From: Candidatus Binatia bacterium
Lineage (GTDB): Bacteria; Desulfobacterota; Binatia; UBA9968; JAJDTQ01
Length of the DNA stretch: 64,000 nt
Assembly (NCBI GenBank): GCA_022823055.1
Contig: JAJDXX010000003.1
Span: forward strand, 8,719-72,718
Direction of reading: 5' to 3'
Part shown: one piece after another, positions 19,087 through 26,345 of the stretch
How positions within the stretch are numbered: position 1 is the first letter of the stretch
Layout of the letters: every line of letters begins with the position of its first letter
Notes under the pieces: model-generated
Seen by the model: the letters and a program-made list of their open reading frames with translations, nothing else
The model's database searches: none
What the model was told of the DNA's origin: nothing
Program-made: the position numbers and the translations under genes

Positions 19087-20097
19087 ATGCCGGCGTTTCC
19101 CCGGATCCACGGTACCGTGCTGCTGCTCGTCGCGTGGCTCGCCCTGCCGGGCTGGGCGGCGGCTTGGGAGATGGTGCCGTGGGACAGCCCGCGCAAGGGC
19201 AGGAAGCCATCCCCGAACCTCACCGCCGTCGCCATCCCGGACCGGGACCATGCGTTCATCGGCACCAGCGACGGCCGACTGCTCCGCTGGGACGGGAACC
19301 GCATGCGCGCCATGGACCACCCGGCCAAAGTGAAACCGAGGAAGTTCGTGGTGAACGCGCCGGACGACGTCTGGGCGTTCGGCGACAACGCCTTGTCCCT
19401 GCATTACGACGGCAGGGCGTGGACCCGGGTGAAGAATCCGCTGACGCGGCGCAAGCGGTCGGAGGGGAGGCTCTGGGGCGCCGGGTGCGCCGCGCCCGAC
19501 CGCTGCTTCGCGGGCACCCGGGACGGGCGCCTCATCGAGTGGGACGGCAAGGAGTGGCGCCATGCCCTGAGCCCGGCCGGCAAGGCACGCATCTACGGCA
19601 TGGCCTTTGCCTCGCGCCGCTCGGGCTGGATGGTGGGCGACGGGTTCTTCGCGCGCTGGGACGGCGCACGCTGGGAGAAAGCGGACATGCGGGACGTCCC
19701 GCGCATGTACGACGTGGTCCTTGCCGGCAACGGCCGGGGCTGGGCCGTGGGCGACCACGGCGCGGTCTTCGAGTACGACGGGACCGCGTGGAAGAAGACC
19801 GACGTGCCCGGGTCCTTCTTCCGGCTGCGCGCCGTCGCCTGCGCTTCGCCAACCGACTGCTGGGCCGCGGGCGCGGCGGGAGCGGTGTTCGGCTGGGACG
19901 GCGCCCGGTGGCGGCGGACCCGCCTCGGCACCTCCGAGAGGCTCACCGCGGTAGCCATGCGGGACGGACAGGCGCTCCTGGCCGGCGACCGCGGCACGCT
20001 CTTCCGGCGGGGACCGTCCCCCACGCCAGTGGAGTCCCCGGCCGCAGCGGACGCCTCCGTACCACCGGAACCCCCCGCGCCATCCAAGAACCCATGA
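19087..20097 (+). CDS. Secreted seven-bladed beta-propeller-like repeat protein (Ycf48/BNR-like)
   Basis: ATG 19087 gives signal peptide 'MPAFPRIHGTVLLLVAWLALPGWAAA'. Seven repeats of the type 'G..G.l..WDG..W'. Pro-rich C-terminal tail. Confidence 0.75.
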   Translation: MPAFPRIHGTVLLLVAWLALPGWAAAWEMVPWDSPRKGRKPSPNLTAVAIPDRDHAFIGTSDGRLLRWDGNRMRAMDHPAKVKPRKFVVNAPDDVWAFGDNALSLHYDGRAWTRVKNPLTRRKRSEGRLWGAGCAAPDRCFAGTRDGRLIEWDGKEWRHALSPAGKARIYGMAFASRRSGWMVGDGFFARWDGARWEKADMRDVPRMYDVVLAGNGRGWAVGDHGAVFEYDGTAWKKTDVPGSFFRLRAVACASPTDCWAAGAAGAVFGWDGARWRRTRLGTSERLTAVAMRDGQALLAGDRGTLFRRGPSPTPVESPAAADASVPPEPPAPSKNP

Positions 20098-20414
20098 TTC
20101 GGTTGAGTTCCCTCTTTTACCTCTTGCGTCTCGGCCCGCGCCGGCTGTTGGGGCTGGTGCAGCACCTGCCCAGCTTCCTGCGGCTCTTCTGGCGGCTGTT
20201 CAAGGATCCGCGGGTCGGCCTCAAGGCCAAGGCGCTGGCGCTGGGCGTGGTTGCCTACCTGATCATGCCCGCGGACTTCGTCCCCGACCTCCTGCCCGCC
20301 CTGGGGCACTTCGACGACCTGTTGCTGATGTTCCTGGGAGCCAAGGGATTCATCGCCCTGTGCCCCCGCGAAGTGGTGCAGGAGCACGTGCAACGGATCG
20401 GCCAGGGGCGCTGA
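20094..20414 (+). CDS. DUF1232 (YkvA-like) membrane protein
   Basis: ATG 20094 overlaps the upstream stop (ATGA). 'AYLIMPADFVPDLLPALGHFDDLLL' is the DUF1232 signature. Confidence 0.75.
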   Translation: MIRLSSLFYLLRLGPRRLLGLVQHLPSFLRLFWRLFKDPRVGLKAKALALGVVAYLIMPADFVPDLLPALGHFDDLLLMFLGAKGFIALCPREVVQEHVQRIGQGR

Positions 20415-20429
20415 AGGCTCCCCCTTTCC

Positions 20430-20528
20430 GTCATTCCCGCGGAAGCGGGAATCCAGGGGTGGAGAGGGGCCAAACGGGCGTATTCCCCGCCTCGCCCCCG
20501 CCTGGATTCCCGATTCCGCGGGAATGAC
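20430..20528. repeat. Inverted dimer of palindromic core element (locus B)
   Basis: Left arm is GTCATTCCCGCGGAAGCGGGAATCCAGGGGTGGAGAGGGG. Right arm is 20485-20528 (..CCTGGATTCCCGATTCCGCGGGAATGAC). Confidence 0.9.
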
Positions 20529-20558
20529 GGTATGGGGGGTTGCTACCTATTCTCATCC

Positions 20559-20596
20559 GAGCGGAGTTTTGACACAGTCTGTTCCGCGGGAATGAC
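20559..20596. repeat. Repeat module 2 (locus B, copy 1)
   Basis: GAGCGGAGTTTTGACACAGTCTGTTCCGCGGGAATGAC. Confidence 0.85.
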
Positions 20597-20626
20597 GATA
20601 TGGGGTGGCGGTGCCACTTCGTGGCC

Positions 20627-20664
20627 GGGCGGAGTTCTGATACGGCCTGCTCCGCGGGAACGAC
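20627..20664. repeat. Repeat module 2, degenerate copy (locus B, copy 2)
   Basis: GGGCGGAGTTCTGATACGGCCTGCTCCGCGGGAACGAC aligns colinearly with module 2. Confidence 0.65.
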
Positions 20665-20675
20665 GATCCCGCAAG

Positions 20676-21674
20676 TTACGAACGGTCCCCGAAGTCGCTG
20701 TCCCACATCTCGCGCAGGCCGGCCATGGCGGCGCCGGGCAGGGGGTCGGCGCCGGAGCAGGCGACGGCCTCGTCGATCTGCGCGTTGTTGGAGAAGCCCA
20801 CGAGCACCGTGCTCACCTCGGGCTTCATGAGGGCGAAGCGCACGGCGGCTTGCGGCAGGGACTCCAGTCCGTGGTCCTGGAGAAAGCCGAGCTTGTGGGC
20901 GCGGGCGACGTCGCGCTCGTAGTCGGAGCCGGCGGAGAGGGGCTCGCGGCTGGTGCCGCCTCCCGACTCGGGGGTCGGGCTCAGCACGCCGGCGGCCAGC
21001 ACCCGGATGACCACCACGCCCATGCCTTGGGCGGCGGCCCGGTCGATGACGCGTCCGTAGTCCAGGGCGCTGAAGCCCTGGGGCACGGGCTGGCCGGCGC
21101 TGGGGTTGAGCAGGTTGTAGTAAGCCTGGAAGGAATGGAACTCGCCGCTGTCCACCAGCGCCTGGATGGCCTCGACCTCGCCCAGGCCGGTGAACCCGAA
21201 GAAGCCCACGCGGCCTTGGTCGCGCAGCCGCTTGAAACCCTCGAGGACGCCGCCCGGCCCCAGCACCTCGTCCGGGGTCATGCCGAATCGCCCGGAATCG
21301 CGCCTGTTGACGAGCCGGGTGTGGAGTTGCATCAGGTCCACCGAATCGCGCCCCAGGCGCGCAAGCCCCTGCTCCGCGTGAGAGACGGCGGCCGCGGCGA
21401 TGTCCTGAAGCGCGTCGGATTCGAGCCGCACCTTGGTGGAAAGCACGACTCTCTCGCCGACTTCGTCCAGCACGCGTCCAAGGTGGGTCTCCGACTTCCC
21501 CTCTCCATAGGCCCTGGCGGTGTCGAAATAGTTGATGCCCAGGTCCAGCGCATGCCGGACCGCGTCGACTTGGTCGTCGTGGCTCCCGCGCACCATCAGC
21601 CCGCCGACGTTGCCGCAGCCGAAGCCGATCTCGGAGACGCGCAGTCCCGTGCTACCCAGCATCCGGTATTGCAT
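20676..21674 (-). CDS. Aldo/keto reductase
   Basis: 'MLGSTGLRVSEIGFGCGN', 'INYFDTARAYGEGKSE', 332 aa. Confidence 0.9.
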   Translation of the reverse strand: MQYRMLGSTGLRVSEIGFGCGNVGGLMVRGSHDDQVDAVRHALDLGINYFDTARAYGEGKSETHLGRVLDEVGERVVLSTKVRLESDALQDIAAAAVSHAEQGLARLGRDSVDLMQLHTRLVNRRDSGRFGMTPDEVLGPGGVLEGFKRLRDQGRVGFFGFTGLGEVEAIQALVDSGEFHSFQAYYNLLNPSAGQPVPQGFSALDYGRVIDRAAAQGMGVVVIRVLAAGVLSPTPESGGGTSREPLSAGSDYERDVARAHKLGFLQDHGLESLPQAAVRFALMKPEVSTVLVGFSNNAQIDEAVACSGADPLPGAAMAGLREMWDSDFGDRS

Positions 21675-21707
21675 GACGCCCGTTCTCTTTGTGTCCGCGC
21701 CCCCGGT

Positions 21708-22085
21708 TCATCTTCGCGGCGGCAGGATCTGAAGCCGGTGACCGTCGGGGTCCCGGAAATAGATGCACTCGGGATCGTTGCGCCGCCCGTTCACGGCGAC
21801 GCCGGCCGCCTCCAGCGCCGACTTCACCTCCTCGTAGCTGCCCGTCTCCACGTGGAGCGCGATGTGGTTCAGCTCGCGGCTTTCGTCGTCCTCCGGAGGA
21901 CGGCCTCTTGCGAACAGCGCCAGTTGCTGCGGTCCGCAACGGAGGAACAGTTGGCCCTCGTTCTCGTGGTCCACATCCATCCCCAGGAGGTCTATATAGA
22001 ACCGCCTGGACCGGGACAGGTCCTGCACGTGCATCACGACGTGGTCGATGCCCGTCGTCCTGATCCTGAGGGTATCGTTTGCCAT
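21708..22085 (-). CDS. VOC (glyoxalase/bleomycin resistance/dioxygenase) family protein
   Basis: 'IDHVVMHVQDLSRSRRFYIDLLGM', 'LNHIALHVE' and 'YFRDPDGHRLQI'. Confidence 0.85.
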   Translation of the reverse strand: MANDTLRIRTTGIDHVVMHVQDLSRSRRFYIDLLGMDVDHENEGQLFLRCGPQQLALFARGRPPEDDESRELNHIALHVETGSYEEVKSALEAAGVAVNGRRNDPECIYFRDPDGHRLQILPPRR

Positions 22086-22222
22086 GGGAACGTCTCCTTT
22101 CCCGCAACGGGCCGTTTCCGGCGCACGACCCGGCGACGGTGGCGCACCGATTGTGGATCAACGGCCCCGCGGAATCAACCGCCGGCCGCTCGCTCTTGTC
22201 CGCGTGGTAGCGCCACTCGGTC

Positions 22223-22240
22223 GGGCTGTGTCAAACTCCC
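22223..22240. repeat. Reverse-complement fragment of repeat module 2 (locus C)
   Basis: GGGCTGTGTCAAACTCCC is close to the reverse complement of GGAGTTTTGACACAGCC. Confidence 0.6.
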
Positions 22241-22261
22241 AAGGCAACACGCCCCCGAAAC

Positions 22262-22328
22262 GTCATTCCCGCGGAAGTTTACCCTCGACACCGATCGGGG
22301 GCGGGAATCCAGGCGAGGTGAGGCGGGG
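22262..22328. repeat. Palindromic core element with 23-bp insertion in its loop (locus C)
   Basis: GTCATTCCCGCGGAAG [tttaccctcgacaccgatcgggg] GCGGGAATCCAGGCGAGGTGAGGCGGGG. Confidence 0.8.
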
Positions 22329-22346
22329 AGGTGCCAAGGAGACCGC

Positions 22347-23306
22347 ATGCCGCTGGAACTGACCATGATCTGCGCGCCCTACGACCGCGCCCGCGCACTG
22401 ATCGAGGGGACGGTCAAGCCGGAGGGCATCGACCTGCGGGTCCACGTCGACGCCGATGACGTGAACCGGCACTTCGACGGCCACGGAGGCCACTACGACG
22501 TGGCCGAGTTCTTCACCGGGCGCTACATCGTCGACCTGCCGTTCAGGACCCTGGGCTTCACCGCCATCCCGATCTTCGTGAAGCGCATGTTCCGGCACTC
22601 CTACATCTACGTGAACACGGGCGCCGGCATCGACGAGCCCGCGGACCTCAACGGCAAGCGCGTGGGCATCCAGAGCTGGTTCACCACCACCGCGCTTTGG
22701 GCGCGCGGCATCCTGGAAGAGGAGCACGGCGTCGACCTCCGCTCCATCCGATGGGTCGCCGGGAGACCCCCCGAGAACCCCCACGAGTGGACGCAACCCG
22801 ACTGGCTCAGGCTGGAGGTGGCGGACGGATACGGCAAGCTGCGGGAGATGCTGCTGGCGGGCGCGCTCGACGCGTTCATCACCACCGCCACCCTGGCCCC
22901 CGAGGACCGGCCGCGCGTGGACTTCCTGTTCCCCGACTACGCCCGGCGCGAGCGCGACTACTACCGCAGGACCGGCTTCTTCCCCATCCAGCACACCCTG
23001 CTCATCCGCACCTCGATCCTGGACCGGCACCCCTGGGTGGCGCGCAGCCTGTTCGACGCCTGGCAGGAGTCCAAGCGCCGCTGCTACGAGTGGCTCGAGT
23101 GGCAGCGCGTGCACCAGACCGGCCTGTGGTACCGCGCCCTGTGGGAAGAGGAGCGCGCCGCCACCGGCGACGACCCCTATCGCTGGGGCTTCCGGGAAAC
23201 CAGAGCCGAGGTCGACAAAATGCTGGAATACGCCCGGCGGCAGGGCCTCACCCGGGAGCGCTTCGCGCCCGAGGACATGTTCCACCCCACGATGCTGGAC
23301 ACGTAG
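22347..23306 (+). CDS. 4,5-dihydroxyphthalate decarboxylase-like protein (cytoplasmic PBP2/NMT1-fold)
   Basis: AAGGAG at 22337 and ATG at 22347. 'MPLELTMICAPYDRARALIEGTVKPEGIDL' is a typical PhtD-family N-terminus. No signal peptide. Confidence 0.75.
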   Translation: MPLELTMICAPYDRARALIEGTVKPEGIDLRVHVDADDVNRHFDGHGGHYDVAEFFTGRYIVDLPFRTLGFTAIPIFVKRMFRHSYIYVNTGAGIDEPADLNGKRVGIQSWFTTTALWARGILEEEHGVDLRSIRWVAGRPPENPHEWTQPDWLRLEVADGYGKLREMLLAGALDAFITTATLAPEDRPRVDFLFPDYARRERDYYRRTGFFPIQHTLLIRTSILDRHPWVARSLFDAWQESKRRCYEWLEWQRVHQTGLWYRALWEEERAATGDDPYRWGFRETRAEVDKMLEYARRQGLTRERFAPEDMFHPTMLDT

Positions 23307-23387
23307 AACGGCGCTATCAGCCTTGCACTTCACTCACGTGTCACGTACCCGAACGAGGCACGTGGGGTGGCGGTTCAGCCGGCGGGA

Positions 23388-24476
23388 CTACATCCCGTAG
23401 AACGCACGGGCGTTGCCGTTCAGGATCTTCTCCACCACCCGCGCGGGGAGGTCGTCGCGGGCGCGCAGCTTGGCGGCGACGTTGTCCTCGAAGGACTGGT
23501 CGAGGTGGCCGTAGTCGGAGCCGATCATGATGTGGTCCTCGTGGATGTAGTTGAGCAGCATCGGCAGGTCCTCGTCCACCTCGCACACGACCCACATCCG
23601 GCACTCCTCGAACAGCTCGGGACCGATGGGGATGCCTTGTCCCCGGGTCGTCCGCCGGAGTTGGTGCAGCAGGTAGGGCGCCCAGGAAGCTCCGGCCTCC
23701 ACGAAGCCGAAGCGCAGGCCGGGGAACTTCTCGGGAATGCGGTTGGCCACGAGATCGCGGAAGGCGATGAGCGGGAGCATGCGCAGGTGCGGCAGCGTAT
23801 GGCTCACGCGCACGTCGAACACGCTGGAGATGGCCGGCGAGCCCGCGCCGATGTGGATGCAGATGGGGAAGTCCAGGCGGCTCGCTTCCTCGTAGAGCGG
23901 GTAGAAATAGGGCTCGGCCAGGGAACGGTCCCCTTCGATGCCGCGCATGTTCACGCCCACGGCGCCGTGCTCCTTGGCGTAGTGCAACTGCTTGATGGAC
24001 TCCTCGATGGAGGTCAGCGGGAAGACCGCGGTCCAGCGCAGGCGGTTGTCGCCCTGGGCCCAGACCTGCCCCATCCAGGTGTTGTAGGCGCGGCACAGCG
24101 CCACGTCCAGGTCCACGTCATCGGTAAGATAGACGCCCCATAGGGTGGAGTAGATGACTTCGGCGTCGGCGCCGCGATTGTCCAGCTCCCGTACCCGCGC
24201 GGCGGGATCGGTCAACTGGCGCACGCCCAGGTCGATGTCCCGGCGCGTCCACTGGCGTTCCTGCTCGGCCGGCGTACTGAGCCGGGCGCTGCCCTTGCCC
24301 ACGGACTTGGGGAAGATCTGTCCGTCAATGAGCCAGAAGGCGTTGGAAGTCTGGTACTCGGTGTCGCCGGGGGCCTTGAGCAGGATCGGGCGGCGGTCGT
24401 AGACGTCCTTGTCCATCAGCTCCCATATCGCTTCCGACTCGATGACGTGGGTGTCCGCGTCGATGAAACCGTTCAT
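23388..24476 (-). CDS. Amidohydrolase_2 (ACMSD/LigW-type metal-dependent hydrolase/decarboxylase) paralog 1
   Basis: AAGGAG then ATG 24476. 'MNGFIDADTHVIESE' and C-terminal 'IGSDYGHLD'. Confidence 0.85.
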   Translation of the reverse strand: MNGFIDADTHVIESEAIWELMDKDVYDRRPILLKAPGDTEYQTSNAFWLIDGQIFPKSVGKGSARLSTPAEQERQWTRRDIDLGVRQLTDPAARVRELDNRGADAEVIYSTLWGVYLTDDVDLDVALCRAYNTWMGQVWAQGDNRLRWTAVFPLTSIEESIKQLHYAKEHGAVGVNMRGIEGDRSLAEPYFYPLYEEASRLDFPICIHIGAGSPAISSVFDVRVSHTLPHLRMLPLIAFRDLVANRIPEKFPGLRFGFVEAGASWAPYLLHQLRRTTRGQGIPIGPELFEECRMWVVCEVDEDLPMLLNYIHEDHIMIGSDYGHLDQSFEDNVAAKLRARDDLPARVVEKILNGNARAFYGM

Positions 24477-24571
24477 GATCGTCTCCTTTCCGGCCCTTGG
24501 CGCCGGACTCGCGGCACTGAAGCCATCCGAATCCACCATCCGACCCTGCCCTCCCGGTGTTGGGAGTATCG

Positions 24572-26023
24572 CTAGGGCAACGGCGGCGCCTTGCCGGTGG
24601 CGGGCGAGGCCTGCTCGTAGGCGTGCGCCACCTGCATGACCGTGTCCTCGCGAAACGAACCGCTCGCGATCTGCACGCCGATGGGAAGGCCGTCCTTCGA
24701 GAAGCCGCAGTTGATGCTCAGCGACGGCAGCCCGTTGACGTTAAACGGGATGGTGCACAGAGTCAAGAAATTGCCGTAGGCTCCCTGGAGCGGCATCTTC
24801 TTGCCGTCGACGGTCACGTGACCGGCCTGGGAGTCGCCCATGGAAATGGCCGGCACCGGGCCGGTCGGCGCCACGATCACGTCGACCTCTTGCAGGGCCT
24901 CGTCGAACCCGTCGCAGATGAGCCGGCGGATGCGTTGCGACTGGTTGTAGGCCAGCCCGGACACCGTCAGCGCCTGGATCTGAGTGGAAAGCATGCTCGG
25001 ACTGTAGTCCCGGGCATGATGCCGCAGATAGTATTCGGCGTCTCCCGTGCTCTCCACCCGGCTGGCGCAGAGCTGCACCGCCGGGATCAGGTCCATGTGG
25101 GGAACCGTGACCTCCTCCACCGTCATCCCCAGCCCACGCAGGGTGTCCAGCGCTCCGGCAAAGGCCTGCTTGACCTCGTCGGAGGCGAACTTGTCGAAGT
25201 ATCCCTCGATGATGCCGGCGCGCATGCCCTCGACGGACCTCCCGAGGCTGGCGGCATAGTCGGGCACCGGCGCCGTGGAGCTCAGCGGATCCTGGGGATC
25301 GTGTCCGGCGATGACCTGCATCAGCGCCGCGCAGTCGGCCACCGTGCGGGTCAGCGGACCGAAGTGGTTGGTGGAGTATCCACCCGTGCCGGGCACGCCG
25401 CCGAAAACGCTGACGCGCCCGTAGGTGGGCTTGAGCCCGACGATGCCGCACAACGCCGCGGGATTGCGCACCGATCCGGCGGCATCGGTGCCGACCGACG
25501 CCAAGCACATGCTCGCGGCCACGGCCACGGCCGAGCCGCTGCTGGAACCGCCGGGGATTCGCTCCGTGTTCCAGGGGTTGCGCGGGGTACCGTAGAACGG
25601 GTTCACCCCATGGCTTCCCTTGGCCCACTCGTGCATTTGGGTCTTGCCCAGGCTCACCGCCCCGGCCTCCCGCAATCGGGTCACCACCGTCGCGTCGAAG
25701 TCCGGGATCCACCCGGACAGCGCCTTGGCGCCGGCCGTGGTGCGCACCCCGCGGGTGGCGAGATTGTCCTTGATGGCCACCGGTATCCCGTGAAGGGGCC
25801 CGCGATAGCCGCCAGCGCGAATTTCCTTCTCGGCAGCCGCGGCCTCCGCCAACGCGCTGTCCGGCGTCGGAGTGAGATAGGCGCTCAGCAGCGGATTGAG
25901 CCGCTCGATGCGCTCGATATAGAGCTTCGTGAGCGCCACCGGCGAGACCTCGCCGCTACGTATCCTCGGCGCCAATTCGGTAATCGTCAGAGTTTCCAAG
26001 TCCTTCTCGACCATCTCGAGCAT
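24572..26023 (-). CDS. Amidase (amidase-signature family, GatA-like) paralog 1
   Basis: 'GIPVAIKDN' and 'GGSSSGSAVAVAA..GTDAAGSVRNPAA' AS signature. Confidence 0.9.
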   Translation of the reverse strand: MLEMVEKDLETLTITELAPRIRSGEVSPVALTKLYIERIERLNPLLSAYLTPTPDSALAEAAAAEKEIRAGGYRGPLHGIPVAIKDNLATRGVRTTAGAKALSGWIPDFDATVVTRLREAGAVSLGKTQMHEWAKGSHGVNPFYGTPRNPWNTERIPGGSSSGSAVAVAASMCLASVGTDAAGSVRNPAALCGIVGLKPTYGRVSVFGGVPGTGGYSTNHFGPLTRTVADCAALMQVIAGHDPQDPLSSTAPVPDYAASLGRSVEGMRAGIIEGYFDKFASDEVKQAFAGALDTLRGLGMTVEEVTVPHMDLIPAVQLCASRVESTGDAEYYLRHHARDYSPSMLSTQIQALTVSGLAYNQSQRIRRLICDGFDEALQEVDVIVAPTGPVPAISMGDSQAGHVTVDGKKMPLQGAYGNFLTLCTIPFNVNGLPSLSINCGFSKDGLPIGVQIASGSFREDTVMQVAHAYEQASPATGKAPPLP

Positions 26024-26076
26024 GCTCCTCTCGGGCTGACTTCCGGATCGCCGCCGGCCACGGTTCTCGGCCGGGA

Positions 26077-26277
26077 CTATACGCGGGAATCCGCGTCCGG
26101 GGCAAGATCCATGACATGGCCTGTCTCTTCGTTCCAGATTGTTTGATCAACTTGCGTATCGAAACCGGGTTTGTTACAAACCGGCTCGTTTTGAGCGCCG
26201 AACGCCACCGCGTCTCCCGTGCGCATGGCGTGCTTGAGGTTGGAGCCGCTGCGTGAATACAACGAGAGCTTACCCAA
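26077..26277 (-). CDS. Hypothetical small protein (66 aa), upstream of and co-directional with amidase 1
   Basis: ATG-initiated ORF whose first ~27 codons are strongly G/C at the third position, like real genes here. No recognisable motif. It overlaps the long form of the LytTR ORF. Confidence 0.3.
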   Translation of the reverse strand: MGKLSLYSRSGSNLKHAMRTGDAVAFGAQNEPVCNKPGFDTQVDQTIWNEETGHVMDLAPDADSRV

Positions 26278-26294
26278 ACGAGGACTTTGGGACG

Positions 26295-26331
26295 ATTGAC
26301 GCAGTCAATCGCAATTTACGGAATTCGCAAT
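26295..26331. promoter_or_regulatory. Candidate operator region: perfect palindrome plus direct repeats
   Basis: ATTGAC-GCA-GTCAAT at 26295-26309. TCGCAAT at 26309-26315 and 26325-26331, a 16-nt period. Confidence 0.35.
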
Positions 26332-26345
26332 CGGCGTATCGCGAA

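Noticed and set aside
20532-22346. Upstream ~600 codons of the 924-aa plus-strand ORF 20532..23306, running antisense to the aldo/keto reductase and VOC genes and through repeat loci B and C.
   Set aside because: There are no recognisable motifs. It overlaps well-supported genes on the other strand and reads through palindromic repeats. Long stop-free antisense frames are expected in ~65% GC DNA. Only the part from ATG 22347, which has an RBS, looks real.
26083-26098. Hairpin ACGCGG-GAAT-CCGCGT containing GCGGGAATCC, as a possible fifth member of the repeat family.
   Set aside because: It shares only ~10 nt with the core, lacks GTCATT and the G-rich tail, and lies within the candidate small ORF.
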